64,000 nt of DNA from Octopus sinensis. Its lineage: Eukaryota. The notes under the pieces are model-generated. The model had not been told where the DNA came from. It did not search any database and saw only the letters and a program-made list of their open reading frames with translations. This document shows positions 1 through 11,060 of this stretch, piece by piece; the stretch's first letter is position 1, and every line of letters starts with the position of its first letter. Location: NCBI RefSeq assembly GCF_006345805.1, contig NC_042999.1, positions 126,170,001 to 126,234,000 of the forward strand. The letters run 5' to 3'. The translations under genes and the position numbers were made by a program.

Positions 1-64
1 CCCTGCTGCTTCTAAGACTTACATACATTAGAGATATGAAAATCGCAACATCTTTCGTTAGTCA

Positions 65-275
65 GGCGGTGAGCTGGCAGAATCTTTTGCCCGTCGGGTA
101 AAATGCTTAATGTCATTTCGTTTGTCTTTACGTCCTGAGTTCAAATTCCGCCGAGGTTGAATTTGTCTTCCATCCTTTTTGGGTTGATAAAATAAGTGCC
201 AGTTGAGCATTGGGTGTTTACGTAATCGACTTATCCCCGTCTTTGAAATCGCTGGCCTTGTGCCAAAATTTGAAG
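65..275 (+). mobile_element. tRNA-derived SINE, family A (ggcggtgagctggcaga head)
   Basis: A-box-like GAGCTGGCAGA and B-box GAGTTCAAATTCC; central ccatcctttt-ggggttgataaaataagt block shared with many copies in the window. Confidence 0.8.
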
Positions 276-818
276 CATATATCTTTCATAAGTAAGTCAG
301 AAGAGAAAGGTCAGCGATGCCCGTCACATTTGTAATTGCCCACCTCCATACAAATGGGATATCATTCTGCAGGAAAAAATATGAATGGAAAGAAGGATTA
401 GCAGAAGTGTCAACATATAACGAAGGTAGTCAACACAGGTCTGTCGGGGTAAGGAGAGGGTAGAAATTAATTCATAGGAGCACTAGACTGCAGTAGGGTA
501 ATTAGAAACATAAAATATGTATGTTCGACAAAATATGGTGTAAGTTGACCTTATACGTCTTTCTAATTATCCTGTCATCGCGTAGTGTACCAATTAATTC
601 GATAATTAATTCATGTTGCCAGCGCTTGAACTCTTCTAATCTAACTTGGTCAGAATGTGTGCATTCTATAAACAGTTATAAACTAAAATAATCTCTCCTG
701 TCCTTAAAGTGGATAAGCGATGGATTAAAAATACAAACTGAATATAATCAGACACTAGATACATTCTGTGCCACAGCGATGCCAATCCATTAGGAGGTGG
801 CGGCCTATGGAAAGGCAT

Positions 819-1178
819 ATGTATGTATGCATGTATGTATGTATGTATGTATGTATGTATGCATGTATGCATGCATGTATGTATGCATGTATGTATGCAT
901 GTATGTATGCATGCATGTATGTATGTATGCATGCATGTATGTATACATGTATGTATGCATGCATGATGTATGTATGTATGTATGTATGTATGTATGTATG
1001 TATGTATGTATGTATGTATGTATGTATGTATGTATGTATGTATGTATGTATGTGTATGTATTTATGTATGCATGCATGTGTGTATGTATGTATGATGTAC
1101 GCATGTATGTATGTATACACGCACACACATACATACATACATAAATAAATATACATTGAGAGAGAAAGAGAGAGAGAG
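819..1178. repeat. (TATG)n/(CATG) compound microsatellite followed by (AG)n
   Basis: Direct reading; explains the MYVC/HTYI ORFs. Confidence 0.95.
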
Positions 1179-1775
1179 AATATATCTACAATGCAATTCT
1201 TATTAAAATTCGATATTTAACAGTCGAAAATTTTGAATATGTTTCCGATTCCATGGAAGATAAAAAAAAAAGTCAGCTCTTTGTTTCACATTTAAATTTG
1301 CTTCTATTTCTAAAATATAAGTTTATCTAAACGTGAAAGAATAAATTAGTTTCTTTCTTCCATGGTATTTGAAACCGCGTACTAACCTTTTGAAAATGTC
1401 TAAATTTAATAGCGACCGCATTGCAATATATACTGTGTATATCTTTTGTGTGAAATATAATTGTCTCCCGGCATTGTTACAAGCACTAGCAGGGCATTTG
1501 AAATCGTGTATTAGCTTCATATAATTTTTAAATGGGAAATTTCGGTTGTCTATTTAAAACTGAGAGAGTTCCAGCACGTTATTCCTTATATAACCTCATT
1601 TCAGAACGGAAGATAGCTCTTGATGCTGCAGACTCGCATTCTCCATCAGTGATGATACGTTCCTTTACCTGTTCAAGATTCAGTACTCAGTAATTTCTTT
1701 GCAATCACCAAGAGAGCATGATGGAGGACATACTGTATGAAGCGCAAAAAAAAAAGGCTACACATGGTCGCGTAT

Positions 1776-2175
1776 GTGACAGTGTGGTAAGAAGTTTGCT
1801 TCCTAACTCATGATTCTGGGTTCGGTCTCACTGCGTGGCGCCTTATGCAAGTGTCTTCAACTATAGCTCTAGTTCAGTCAAAACTTTATGAGTGTATTTG
1901 GTAGATGGAAACTGAAAGAAGCTTAGAGAGGGAGAGAAAGAGAGAGAGTGTGTGTGTCTTTGTGTTTGCGTTTTCCCTCGCTGTCACCTGATAACTGGAG
2001 TTGGTTTTTTTACATTCCCCCAACTTAGCGATTCGGTAAAAGTGACTGATAAAATAAGCACCAGGCATAAAAACATCAAGTCCTGGGGTCTATTCGTTCG
2101 ACTAAACCCTGTAAAGGCAGCGCTTCAGCGCGGTTGCAATCCATAGACAGAAACAAGTAAAAGAGCATGAGAATA
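1776..2175 (+). mobile_element. tRNA-derived SINE, family B (gtgtggtaagaagtttgcttcc head)
   Basis: tRNA-like head with GGTTCGGTCTC B-box, gcaagtgtcttc core, internal (AG)/(TG) tract, 3' gaaacaagtaaaaga shared with 58390-58605. Confidence 0.75.
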
Positions 2176-2734
2176 CATGTATAGGCGTGCACTATATACG
2201 CATGAGCCAACATTTGCTTTTGGTGTACGGCTCACGTTAGCTCTGATCTATTCGAGGCACAAAGGCAGTCGATAACAATCTGTACACCGCTTCATACTTC
2301 TCCGACATGGATTAGTCAATCGTATGAACATGTACTCTCACGATTCCCCACCCTCCAGCAACAACAACGCCTGTTGTTGTTGCTTAGTCCTTGATAGCTC
2401 TGTCTGGGAAAAGCTATGGTGAAATGATTTCCAGTCATGTTCACCCATTTTTGTTTTCAGGAATACTGCTTAGACGACTCTGTTCAATGTCTTCTTTTTT
2501 TCAAGACGTTAGGTTCTGGACTGAGTGAGCGGACTAGGCAGTTGAGTACCGGTTCTCTTGTTGGCTACTTTACAATATTATTTTCAGTTAGAATTTCAAC
2601 CATATGTGACATTAAAAAATATTCTGGGTAAGTTTCTACCCACTGGCTTTAATCCACTCTGTCCATCTGGATCAAACGTTTCTTGACAGGCAATTCCATC
2701 ATAATGTATATACCGTGGTGGTATATACATTTCA

Positions 2735-2883
2735 ATCGCCGAGGTCGACTTTGACTTTCATCCTTTCGGGGTCGATTAAATAAGTACCAATTACGCACTG
2801 GGGTCGATATAATCGATTTAATCCGTTTGTCTGTCCTTGTTTGTCCCCACTATGTTTAGCCCCTTGTGGGTAGTAAAGAAATA
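2735..2883 (+). mobile_element. 5'-truncated family A SINE with 15-bp target-site duplication
   Basis: Matches the 3' half of 60916-61137; ggtatatacatttca at 2720-2734 and 2884-2898. Confidence 0.85.
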
Positions 2884-3496
2884 GGTATATACATTTCATG
2901 AATAATAACACAACATCTGTACCACAAGCAAGCAACAACTAACTAAAATAATTCACCCCCACCCCATTGAAAACCAATACAATTCCCAGAGACTTTTACC
3001 TCTCCCGAAATTCTAATTTTATGCATGTCACAATCACAGATTACACCAGATCTCTGGCCCCCGCATCTGAAACGGTGCATCAATCATGTACACGCGCAGG
3101 CGCACGCATTTATATATATACATACGTACACTTTTTATCCAAGGGGAGGCAATAGGAGCAACAACCACAGGAACACCACAAAATTCAAAGATAGACCAAA
3201 CACATGCAAATCTTATATACTAGTTTATATCTAGACAGTCCGACATATTAGAATTTAAAAATTCAGTAATATATAAGTATCATATACGAATAAAAATGTA
3301 AATATAACAATAAATATAAATATAAATATAAATTTTGCATATAACACGCTTAAAACTGTTAGAATAAGAAGAATAAATATAGTGATAATAAAATAAAAAT
3401 ATAGCATATCAAGACACGAGTAAAATTCCGGCGAATAGTACATAAAATATAATACAGATACAATCTTACAAACATATAAGATATACAGAAGTCCAT

Positions 3497-3589
3497 CATC
3501 TACGGGCCGTTTCGGGGATGTGCCAATCAATACTAGACATATCAGTACTTAAAATAGTACTTAAAATTGGCACTCCCCTCGTCAGGATG
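3497..3589 (-). ncRNA. Type I hammerhead ribozyme motif in PLE pLTR
   Basis: Minus strand: CAUC-CUGACGA-GGGGAGUGCCAAU...AUUGGCACAUCCCC-GAAAC-GGCCC-GUA-GAUG. Confidence 0.8.
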
Positions 3590-3999
3590 TCCTATACAAC
3601 ACATATAAAACATGAACAAACACACAAATACATAGTCACATACTGGCCATTCTCAGAACACGATATTTACGTACTCCCAGAAAAAAATTTTACGTCGATC
3701 CTGAATGGAACTTTATACGCAAACCATTCGATACAGTCGCCATAGGAAATTGTATGCACACAGCGCCATCTGGCCCGTTTCACTTCAGCACTTAATTTTG
3801 GTCTATCTTTGAATTTTGTGGTGTTCCTGTGGTTGTTGCTCTTATTGCCTCCCCTTGGATAAAATAGTGTATGGAGCCCATTGGAGCACTTCTATTTCCA
3901 GTCCGTTGTATATCTTGAGTGTTATTTTATTTTATTTTAATCCAATTTTATAAATTCTCCCATACATGCAAAGCCACATACTCAGGTTCGAGTCCTCGA

Positions 4000-6600
4000 C
4001 TAACAGCTATTTTTCATATAATCACATGATATTTTAAATTCAACATTCCTTTCCTTGAGGTCGTTAATATGTAATGCCAGTGTTGTAGAGGTCCTATATT
4101 TAGGATTGTTGAAGGAGCTCAGGTGGGATCGATACCTCTGCTTAAAGTCTACTGTGCTTCCGATATATATTTTTCTCACGCCTCCTTGAGCCTCAACACT
4201 ACATTTATAAACCACATTTTCCTGGCGACAATTTCCGCTAATCGGACATTCATTTGGGTCCCTACAATTACATTTCTTCAACCTGCTACGGGGTCTCGTA
4301 TATTGATAACTCCGAAACCGTGCGCACTCCCAGTACTAAGATCCACCATATCATTTACACCATCGTTCGTACTATTTTCCGGTATAATTATTCTATTATT
4401 ATTCCTACTATTACCATTCTTCTTATTTTCATTTTTATTTTTATTTTTACTAATATTTTATTACCATTTTATTACCATTTTATTACTACTATTAACACAA
4501 TCATTACCACCCTGATAATCATTAAAATCACTAATATCATCACCGACATCATTATTATGATTATCACTACTATTTACATTATTTGTCACCCCAACACGCC
4601 CTTCACAATCGATTTCAGAAGACGTACTATTAATATTAATACCCTCTTCTATGTCTTTAATGAATTTTCCATTAAAGCTTCTGTCATCATTTCTATCATT
4701 ATAGCGCCTTATTTTACTTCTGTTCAACGAAGCAATAATAGATCCGACACTGGGAGTGACTGAGTAGGCCAGCTTGATTATTGACTTGTTACATATTGAA
4801 TAATACTTATGGTGTTTTGGGAAATTTTCCTTCAATAACTTTAAAAATAGCTTTGGTAAACCTTTCACCCTTAATGAAAAGGAAGGGGCAAACCAAGTAA
4901 CTTGAAGAATCCTAGGTTTAGTATTAATTGTGGGATTACAATATGTTGCTTGACTTGATCTACTAAATGTAAGGGCACTCCTGTATCTATTACTAATATT
5001 CCTATCTCTATTACTACTAGTATTATTCTTATTTCTATTACCACCTTCATTAGACCTCAACCTACCTTTATACCTTAATTCACATTTATGATTCATATTA
5101 TTTGTAACCCCTTCCCTCCCGTTACCGTTATCGTCCATGGTATTTTTCTCCTTACAAATCTCATTATTAGCCTTATTAACGTGGTTACCATTTACAAGAC
5201 CAACCACATCGCATTCATTTCTCCTATTTCCAAAGCTTTTTTTATCAGCACAAATATTGGCCATTATTAGCTTGTTGCTAGCTCCTTGGGAACTATGTGG
5301 GGAACTTCTGCCATCCGAAATCCGTTTCATATCGTCGCTGACCATGCTGGCCAATTTAATTTTTAATTTGTTATTGGGTATGTATTCAATGTTATTTGTG
5401 AACCCACTCAATTTCAAGGCATTGTTGTATATTGGGGCGTGTTGATTAAAGATGTTTTCATTCGCCGATAGGTTTGAGATTCTGATAGAAATTGCAGTTA
5501 CGATGCTATTGATGGTTGATTTGGGCTGATTTGATGAAACATTGATATATTGGAAAGTTTGGTTTGGTTTTCGGAAGGAGTAGTGCAAGCTGGTATTCAG
5601 ATCGAGAGTGACATCCAGGAAATTTGCCACTTCAGGATTATTCTCAAAAACGATGTTCAAATTATAAAAGTCCTTAACAAATTATCTAAGGTCCTTCTTC
5701 ATTCTTTCAATTTGTGGATTTGAATGATTAGAGACGATGAACAATGCATCATCCCTATAAATCCCTCCGGAGAGAGATGGGAAAACTCGCTTAATCTCGT
5801 CTAACAGAAATAGACCAACGATATCCGTTACTTGAGCCGAGTCCGAAGATCCCATAGTGATGTCGAATAAATTAAAAGAGTCCGATTTAGACCAGTGGTG
5901 CTTTCCATAATTAATCAGAGTCATTCTTGCTGCTTGAATAATGTCAATATCTAGATTCGATATTTCAACAAAGTTCCGGGCGAAAATGATTGCTTTGTTC
6001 AGTAAGATGGGAGATATCGAGGAGTAGTAATTCGAAATATCAAATTGTACAAATGAAATGAGTCACCGCATTTAATTGTGTGAAACCAACATAAAGCATC
6101 ATTGGTGGATTCCCATAATGGCAACATCGTCCTTTCTCTTATCACCGGAACGATTCTATCCAAAATGGATTTCTGATTCTACCCAAGTCAGATTTAGTTG
6201 GGCAAATTAGTCGTATTGATGGCTTGGCAAGAAAATCTATTTTATGGTCCTTTAGGGTGCAGTTCGGGGTCTTAGGATCATAAGGTTGCGTGCGGTCAAG
6301 GATTCCTAATTCAGAAATTAAGTCGTAGTGTCTATTATTAATGTCGGTAAGAGCCGATTTCTTGGCGATTTTATATTTAGCGTGCAGTTCTTTAGATATA
6401 AATTTATCATAAGTTTCATAAGGCACTGAATAAATATTCCCTGTTTTATCAGAAAGAATGTGTAGATTGGGATCCTCCTTCAGTTTAGCTATTGTATGTT
6501 GTAACCGATTTTGGAAAGCATTCGAATATCTGGAGTATTTAAGGTTCTTAATCATATAGATTAGGTCCTTTTCAAATCCTAGCTATTTTTTTAATAATTA
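4000..6600 (-). pseudogene. Frameshifted PLE polyprotein: reverse transcriptase, Asn-rich linker, Cys motif and GIY-YIG endonuclease
   Basis: TLKDHK...IRLICPTKSDLGRI; FDITMGSSDSAQV; GIYRDDAL; NFLDVTLDL; CNC...CPISGNC...VVYKC; KIYIGST...FKQRYRSH. Split over at least 4 ORFs and C-terminally truncated near 4015. Confidence 0.9.
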
Positions 6601-7224
6601 CAACAGATGCGGTTTATGCATAAGGGAGGCATAAACTATATTGAAAAATTACAACAACGCAGTATTAAATAAGTTCACTGATGCAATACCGGCGTGTACG
6701 CATAAGATCCACTCGACGTTCTATAGGAAATTTAGAAATAGAAAAAGCAATAAAAGTTTGAGCTAAGCAATAGCAATTGAATTAAGTTTAGTAAATATAG
6801 TGAGTGGTAAACGAGATTTAACTAAGGTAATGTAATTATTAGAAAAATAGCTGTTAGTCGAGGACTCGAACCTGAGTATGTGGCTTTGCATTTATATTTA
6901 TATTTATATTTATTGTTATATTTACATTTTTATTCGTATATGATACTTATATATTACTGAATTTTTAAATTTCTAATATGTCGGACAGTATAGATATAAA
7001 CTAGTATATAAGATTTGCATTGTTTGGTCTATCTTTGAATTTTGTGGTGTTCCTGTGGTTGTTGCTCTTATTGCCTCCCCTTGGATAAAAAAGTGTATGC
7101 AGCCCATTGGAGCACTTCTATTTCCAGTCCGTTGTATATCTTGAGTGTTATTTTATTTTATTTTATTCCAATTTATATATAATAGCTATGCCAACATTTT
7201 CATGTGGATGTTATGTCAACAATC

Positions 7225-7393
7225 AGAATTACATTATTTACATTATTTACAATTGACGTATATTTGTCCTCATCTTGTTTGTTGTTAACACAAGTTTCGG
7301 CTGATATGCCCTCCAGCCTTCATCAGGTGTCTTAGGGCAATTTCGAACCTGGGTTCTCATTCCTAAAACATTTTTCGATGTTGTTGTTGTTGC

Positions 7394-7458
<65 letters not shown>

Positions 7459-7549
7459 TATTATTATTATTATTCATGTCACTGCCTGGAATCATACTCG
7501 GAATCTTGGGGTTAGTAGCCCGCGCTCTTAACCACTACGCCATATGCCC
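7225..7549 (-). mobile_element. Composite element: tRNA-like head, (AAT)n, hammerhead-bearing pLTR-like body
   Basis: Head GGGCATATGGCGTAGTGGTTAAGAGCGCGGGCTACTAACCCC...GATTCC at 7549-7478; (AAT)n at about 7473-7397; hammerhead motif at 7331-7287. Confidence 0.7.
7287..7331 (-). ncRNA. Minimal hammerhead motif (stem III apparently 1 nt short)
   Basis: GACAC-CUGAUGA-A-GGCUG(loop)CAGCC-GAAAC-UU-GUGUU. Confidence 0.6.
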
Positions 7550-7962
7550 ACGGGCATAAATAATGTACATAATTCCTCATCTTTTAAATATAAAGCAGAA
7601 GTACAATCTAAAGATAGTACACGGTCACTCGAGCAGCTAGAATTCCCAACCAAACTTCCCTTATATCATTCTATTCAGTCTCAAAAACTAAGGTATGCCA
7701 CATAATGTTTAATGTATGTATGCATATAGATATGTATTTATAAATCAAATATATATGACGCGAAATATAATGTTATATATTGTTAAAAGCATAACATAAT
7801 ATGATACGGTTTATATTACACGTCTAAGAAAAAAAAGGATTCGGGTATAGGATAATGGTGTTCAACTCAAGAAAGCACGAGTATGCATTTGTTCAAAGGT
7901 TTCATGAACAAGAACATTAATTTTACCGTACGTAGTTGTAACATAAGATATTATATATAGGT

Positions 7963-8050
<88 letters not shown>

Positions 8051-8639
8051 GGACTCGAGGTAGGAAAATGTTATTGTTGACGCTGCCAAGGATAGGAGGT
8101 GCTGGGGGTGCAAATGCCCCTTCGAAAATTTTTGTGGGGTGCAAAATCCAAATATGCACTCCTATTTACTTTCTTCAGGTTTGCAAAACAGTGCGTAAAA
8201 AGTGATTTGTAAAAAGTAGCTTGAAGTTATGCTTCTTCTTAAAGAACAAAATCGAAAAACAAACAAACAAACAAACAAACAAATAAATAAATAGCAAGAC
8301 TTTGTTTGGAAAAAAATTTGAACCTGGGCTTGCGCCCACTATGCAAATTTCGTTCCCGAGCCAGTGAATATTCAATAAAATCATTTCTGTCCCTTAAAAT
8401 CTTGACACTTTGTCCGGCAATTATCTATAACAGGTAATAAATAATTCGGTGATGAAACAATGGCTTCTCTAATCGTGTCTTCTGCTCTCATTCTACTTCA
8501 TATATTCATTATATATTTGTAGTCATTAATCTATTTGCTCTATTCCCAACTCACGCTCTTTCTTTCTTTCTTTCTTTCTTTGCAGCCATCTATCTCACCA
8601 ACATAAGTATGTACACACATGTATGCATATAAACATGTA

Positions 8640-8712
<73 letters not shown>

Positions 8713-8865
8713 GGCTTGATGGTTGGCTAACTGGATGGATGTCAGGAGATCGGCATTCGTTTAAGTAAGTAGGAATCTATCAATCAGTCTATGCTCTATG
8801 CACGCATATGTATATACATGTATATATATAAACATATATATACATATATATATACATACATGTAT

Positions 8866-8925
<60 letters not shown>

Positions 8926-8983
8926 ATTGGTGAATTGAAGAAATGGAGCTGAACGCAGATTGAACAGAAATCGTTTTATTTCA

Positions 8984-9063
8984 TTCTACACGTGTTTCGA
9001 AAGGCACAAATTACCAAAATCCGATTGAATAATGGGACCATATTGTGTCTTTCTCTTCAGGAA
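8984..9063 (-). ncRNA. Mirror copy of the 9122-9201 hammerhead
   Basis: Reverse complement within the left arm. Confidence 0.8.
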
Positions 9064-9121
9064 GAAAAAAGGAAATCCGTTGGAAAAACAAAAACAGAAC
9101 AGAGGCGAATTTCCTTTTTTC

Positions 9122-9201
9122 TTCCTGAAGAGAAAGACACAATATGGTCCCATTATTCAATCGGATTTTGGTAATTTGTGCCTTTCGAAACACGTGTAGA
9201 A
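9122..9201 (+). ncRNA. Type I hammerhead ribozyme motif
   Basis: UUC-CUGAAGA-GAAAGACACAA...UUGUGCCUUUC-GAAAC-ACGU-GUA-GAA. Confidence 0.8.
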
Positions 9202-9939
9202 TGAAATAAAACGATTTCTGTTCAATCTGCGTTCAGCTCCATTTCTTCAATTCACCAATAATGTTTTAATTTCAATTATCCGCACCAACGCACGGTTGCA
9301 ACGCCAGATGGTTGTACCTCCAACCGTGCTGTTTACTGCTGTGATTTTTGCTACTAAGGTATCGGTTAAACTTTTGATTAATCTACTACAAGATTATTCA
9401 TCTTTCTATTTCACATAATATATATATATATATATATATAATATAAAATCTTATGTTATATTACACACACACACAGATATCTGTTCACATGTATGCATGT
9501 GTGTATTCGTTCACGTACGTATATGTAATACTAGATTGTATGTGATGTACTATTAGAAGCATATGCAACATAACGTATATCTGCGACCTTTGAGTAAAAC
9601 TACTTATTTACTTCTTCGCAGATGGTTTTGTACTTTACGGCCTACATGGTTGTTTATAAGCTATTAGCGGTCTGAAAACATCATCATCATCAAGAGCAAC
9701 AACAACAACGACAACATTGTCATCATAATCACCACTGTCACCACCTCCGACACCCCCACTGCCACTGTCATAAGTACAAACCTCTGCACCAATGCTTAAC
9801 GACAGCAAAGCAACATTAAAACTAATTTTCCCAACTTCAAAATACTTCAAACTGAAAACATCGGTAACACAGTAACATTATCATCATCAGAGCGATAAAT
9901 CATCGTAATCAAAATGTTCTCTGACCACATCACTATCAG

Positions 9940-9964
9940 AATCATCATCGTCGTCGTAGTCATT

Positions 9965-10001
<37 letters not shown>

Positions 10002-10060
10002 ACAACAACAACAACCATAATCCCCACCACGACTACCGCCACCATCACTAGCATTGATGC
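9940..10060. repeat. (CAT)n/(CAA)n trinucleotide microsatellite
   Basis: Direct reading. Confidence 0.9.
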
Positions 10061-10199
10061 AGCTACACTTTCAAAATTAAATACTGAGGGCAGGGAGAAG
10101 GCTGAAACAGACAGAAAATAGTCCTGGGTCTGTCGAGATTCTGATTTCAATTCTTGACAAGAACAAGTCGATGTAATTTTTCCTCCTAAAATTAAGATG

Positions 10200-10402
10200 G
10201 TCTGTTGGCAGAATTGTTACCACGCCGGGCAATATTCTTCGCGGCATTTCGTCCGTCTTTACGTTTTGAGTTCAAATTCCGCCGAAGTTGACTTTACCTT
10301 TCTTCCTTTTTGGGTCGATGAAACAAGTTGAGCACTGGGGTCGATGTAATCGACTTACGCCTCCAACAAAATTACTAGCTTTGTGCCAAAAATTTAAAAC
10401 CG
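10200..10402 (+). mobile_element. Family A SINE
   Basis: ttggcagaattg...gagttcaaattccgccgaagttgactttacc...gtgccaaaa. Confidence 0.75.
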
Positions 10403-10689
10403 ATATTTTTACTACAGAATAGAAAAATAAGTACCAGTAATATATATGGTTTATCGACCTTATTATCGTAGGTTCGTAGAAGACAATATTAATCTATTTA
10501 TATGCCAATGGAAGTCACATTGATCCGGGTTCTGGTAGAAGTATCGAAAAGTAATGTATTTTCAAGCAAATAGTCTGACGTCATATCGCAAGAGGATTTA
10601 CGTCAAAGTATCGAGGACATACTCTGGAGGCTTATTAAAATTCCTTGGTCCTCCGTGCAGATTGAGAAACTATATAGAGAAGGGTAGTG

Positions 10690-11060
10690 GATGCCTCATG
10701 AGTTGTTGCCCAAGAGTAAAGACCACATTCAGCGACAATGATCCCAGAAGAGATAAATTCATTAGGCTTGGAAGCTCTATCTCAACATCTCTATTCACCA
10801 GACCTAATACCCTCAGATTTTCATTTATTTAGGTCCCCCAGATACTGCCAGCGGAAAAATATTCAGAACACGGATGATGTCGAAACGACATTCCGGACAT
10901 TTATTATTTTTTTCTTCTGAAAAACCTGATTTTTGCTTTTTGACCGAGGAATCAGAAAAATGGACTCGAGGTAGGAAAATGTTATTGTCGACGCTGCCGA
11001 TTATGTTTTGAATGAATGAATTATACTTATGATGCTTATAATGATTTGACCTCTATGAAA
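10690..11060 (+). mobile_element. Decayed mariner transposase 3' fragment
   Basis: LYSPDLIPSDFHLFRS (mariner YSPDLAPSD motif), then GIRKMDSR*ENVI. Confidence 0.8.

Larger units (their letters stand above)
3127..7175 (-). mobile_element. Penelope-like retroelement (Naiad-type) with rearranged pseudo-LTRs
   Basis: RT and GIY-YIG ORF pieces; 3127-3333 is an inverted copy of 6890-7097; 3797-3948 is a direct copy of 7023-7175; hammerhead in the 3' pLTR. Confidence 0.9.
8917..9420. mobile_element. Fold-back non-autonomous PLE derivative within (TA)n
   Basis: 160-bp inverted arms 8917-9076 and 9109-9268, identical by eye, with a 32-bp spacer; unique tail to about 9420; (TA)n on both sides. Confidence 0.8.

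Noticed and set aside
4000-4330. Possible selenocysteine (UGA) recoding, as reported for some Naiad PLEs
   Set aside because: The Cys positions of the CNC/CP..GNC motif are ordinary Cys codons; the breaks look like frameshifts; no SECIS recognised
7478-7549. tRNA gene
   Set aside because: Acceptor and T stems do not pair properly and the B box is degenerate; treated as a SINE-type head, as is 35580-35653
8992-9193. Two near-identical 60-aa ORFs on opposite strands
   Set aside because: A by-product of the DNA palindrome
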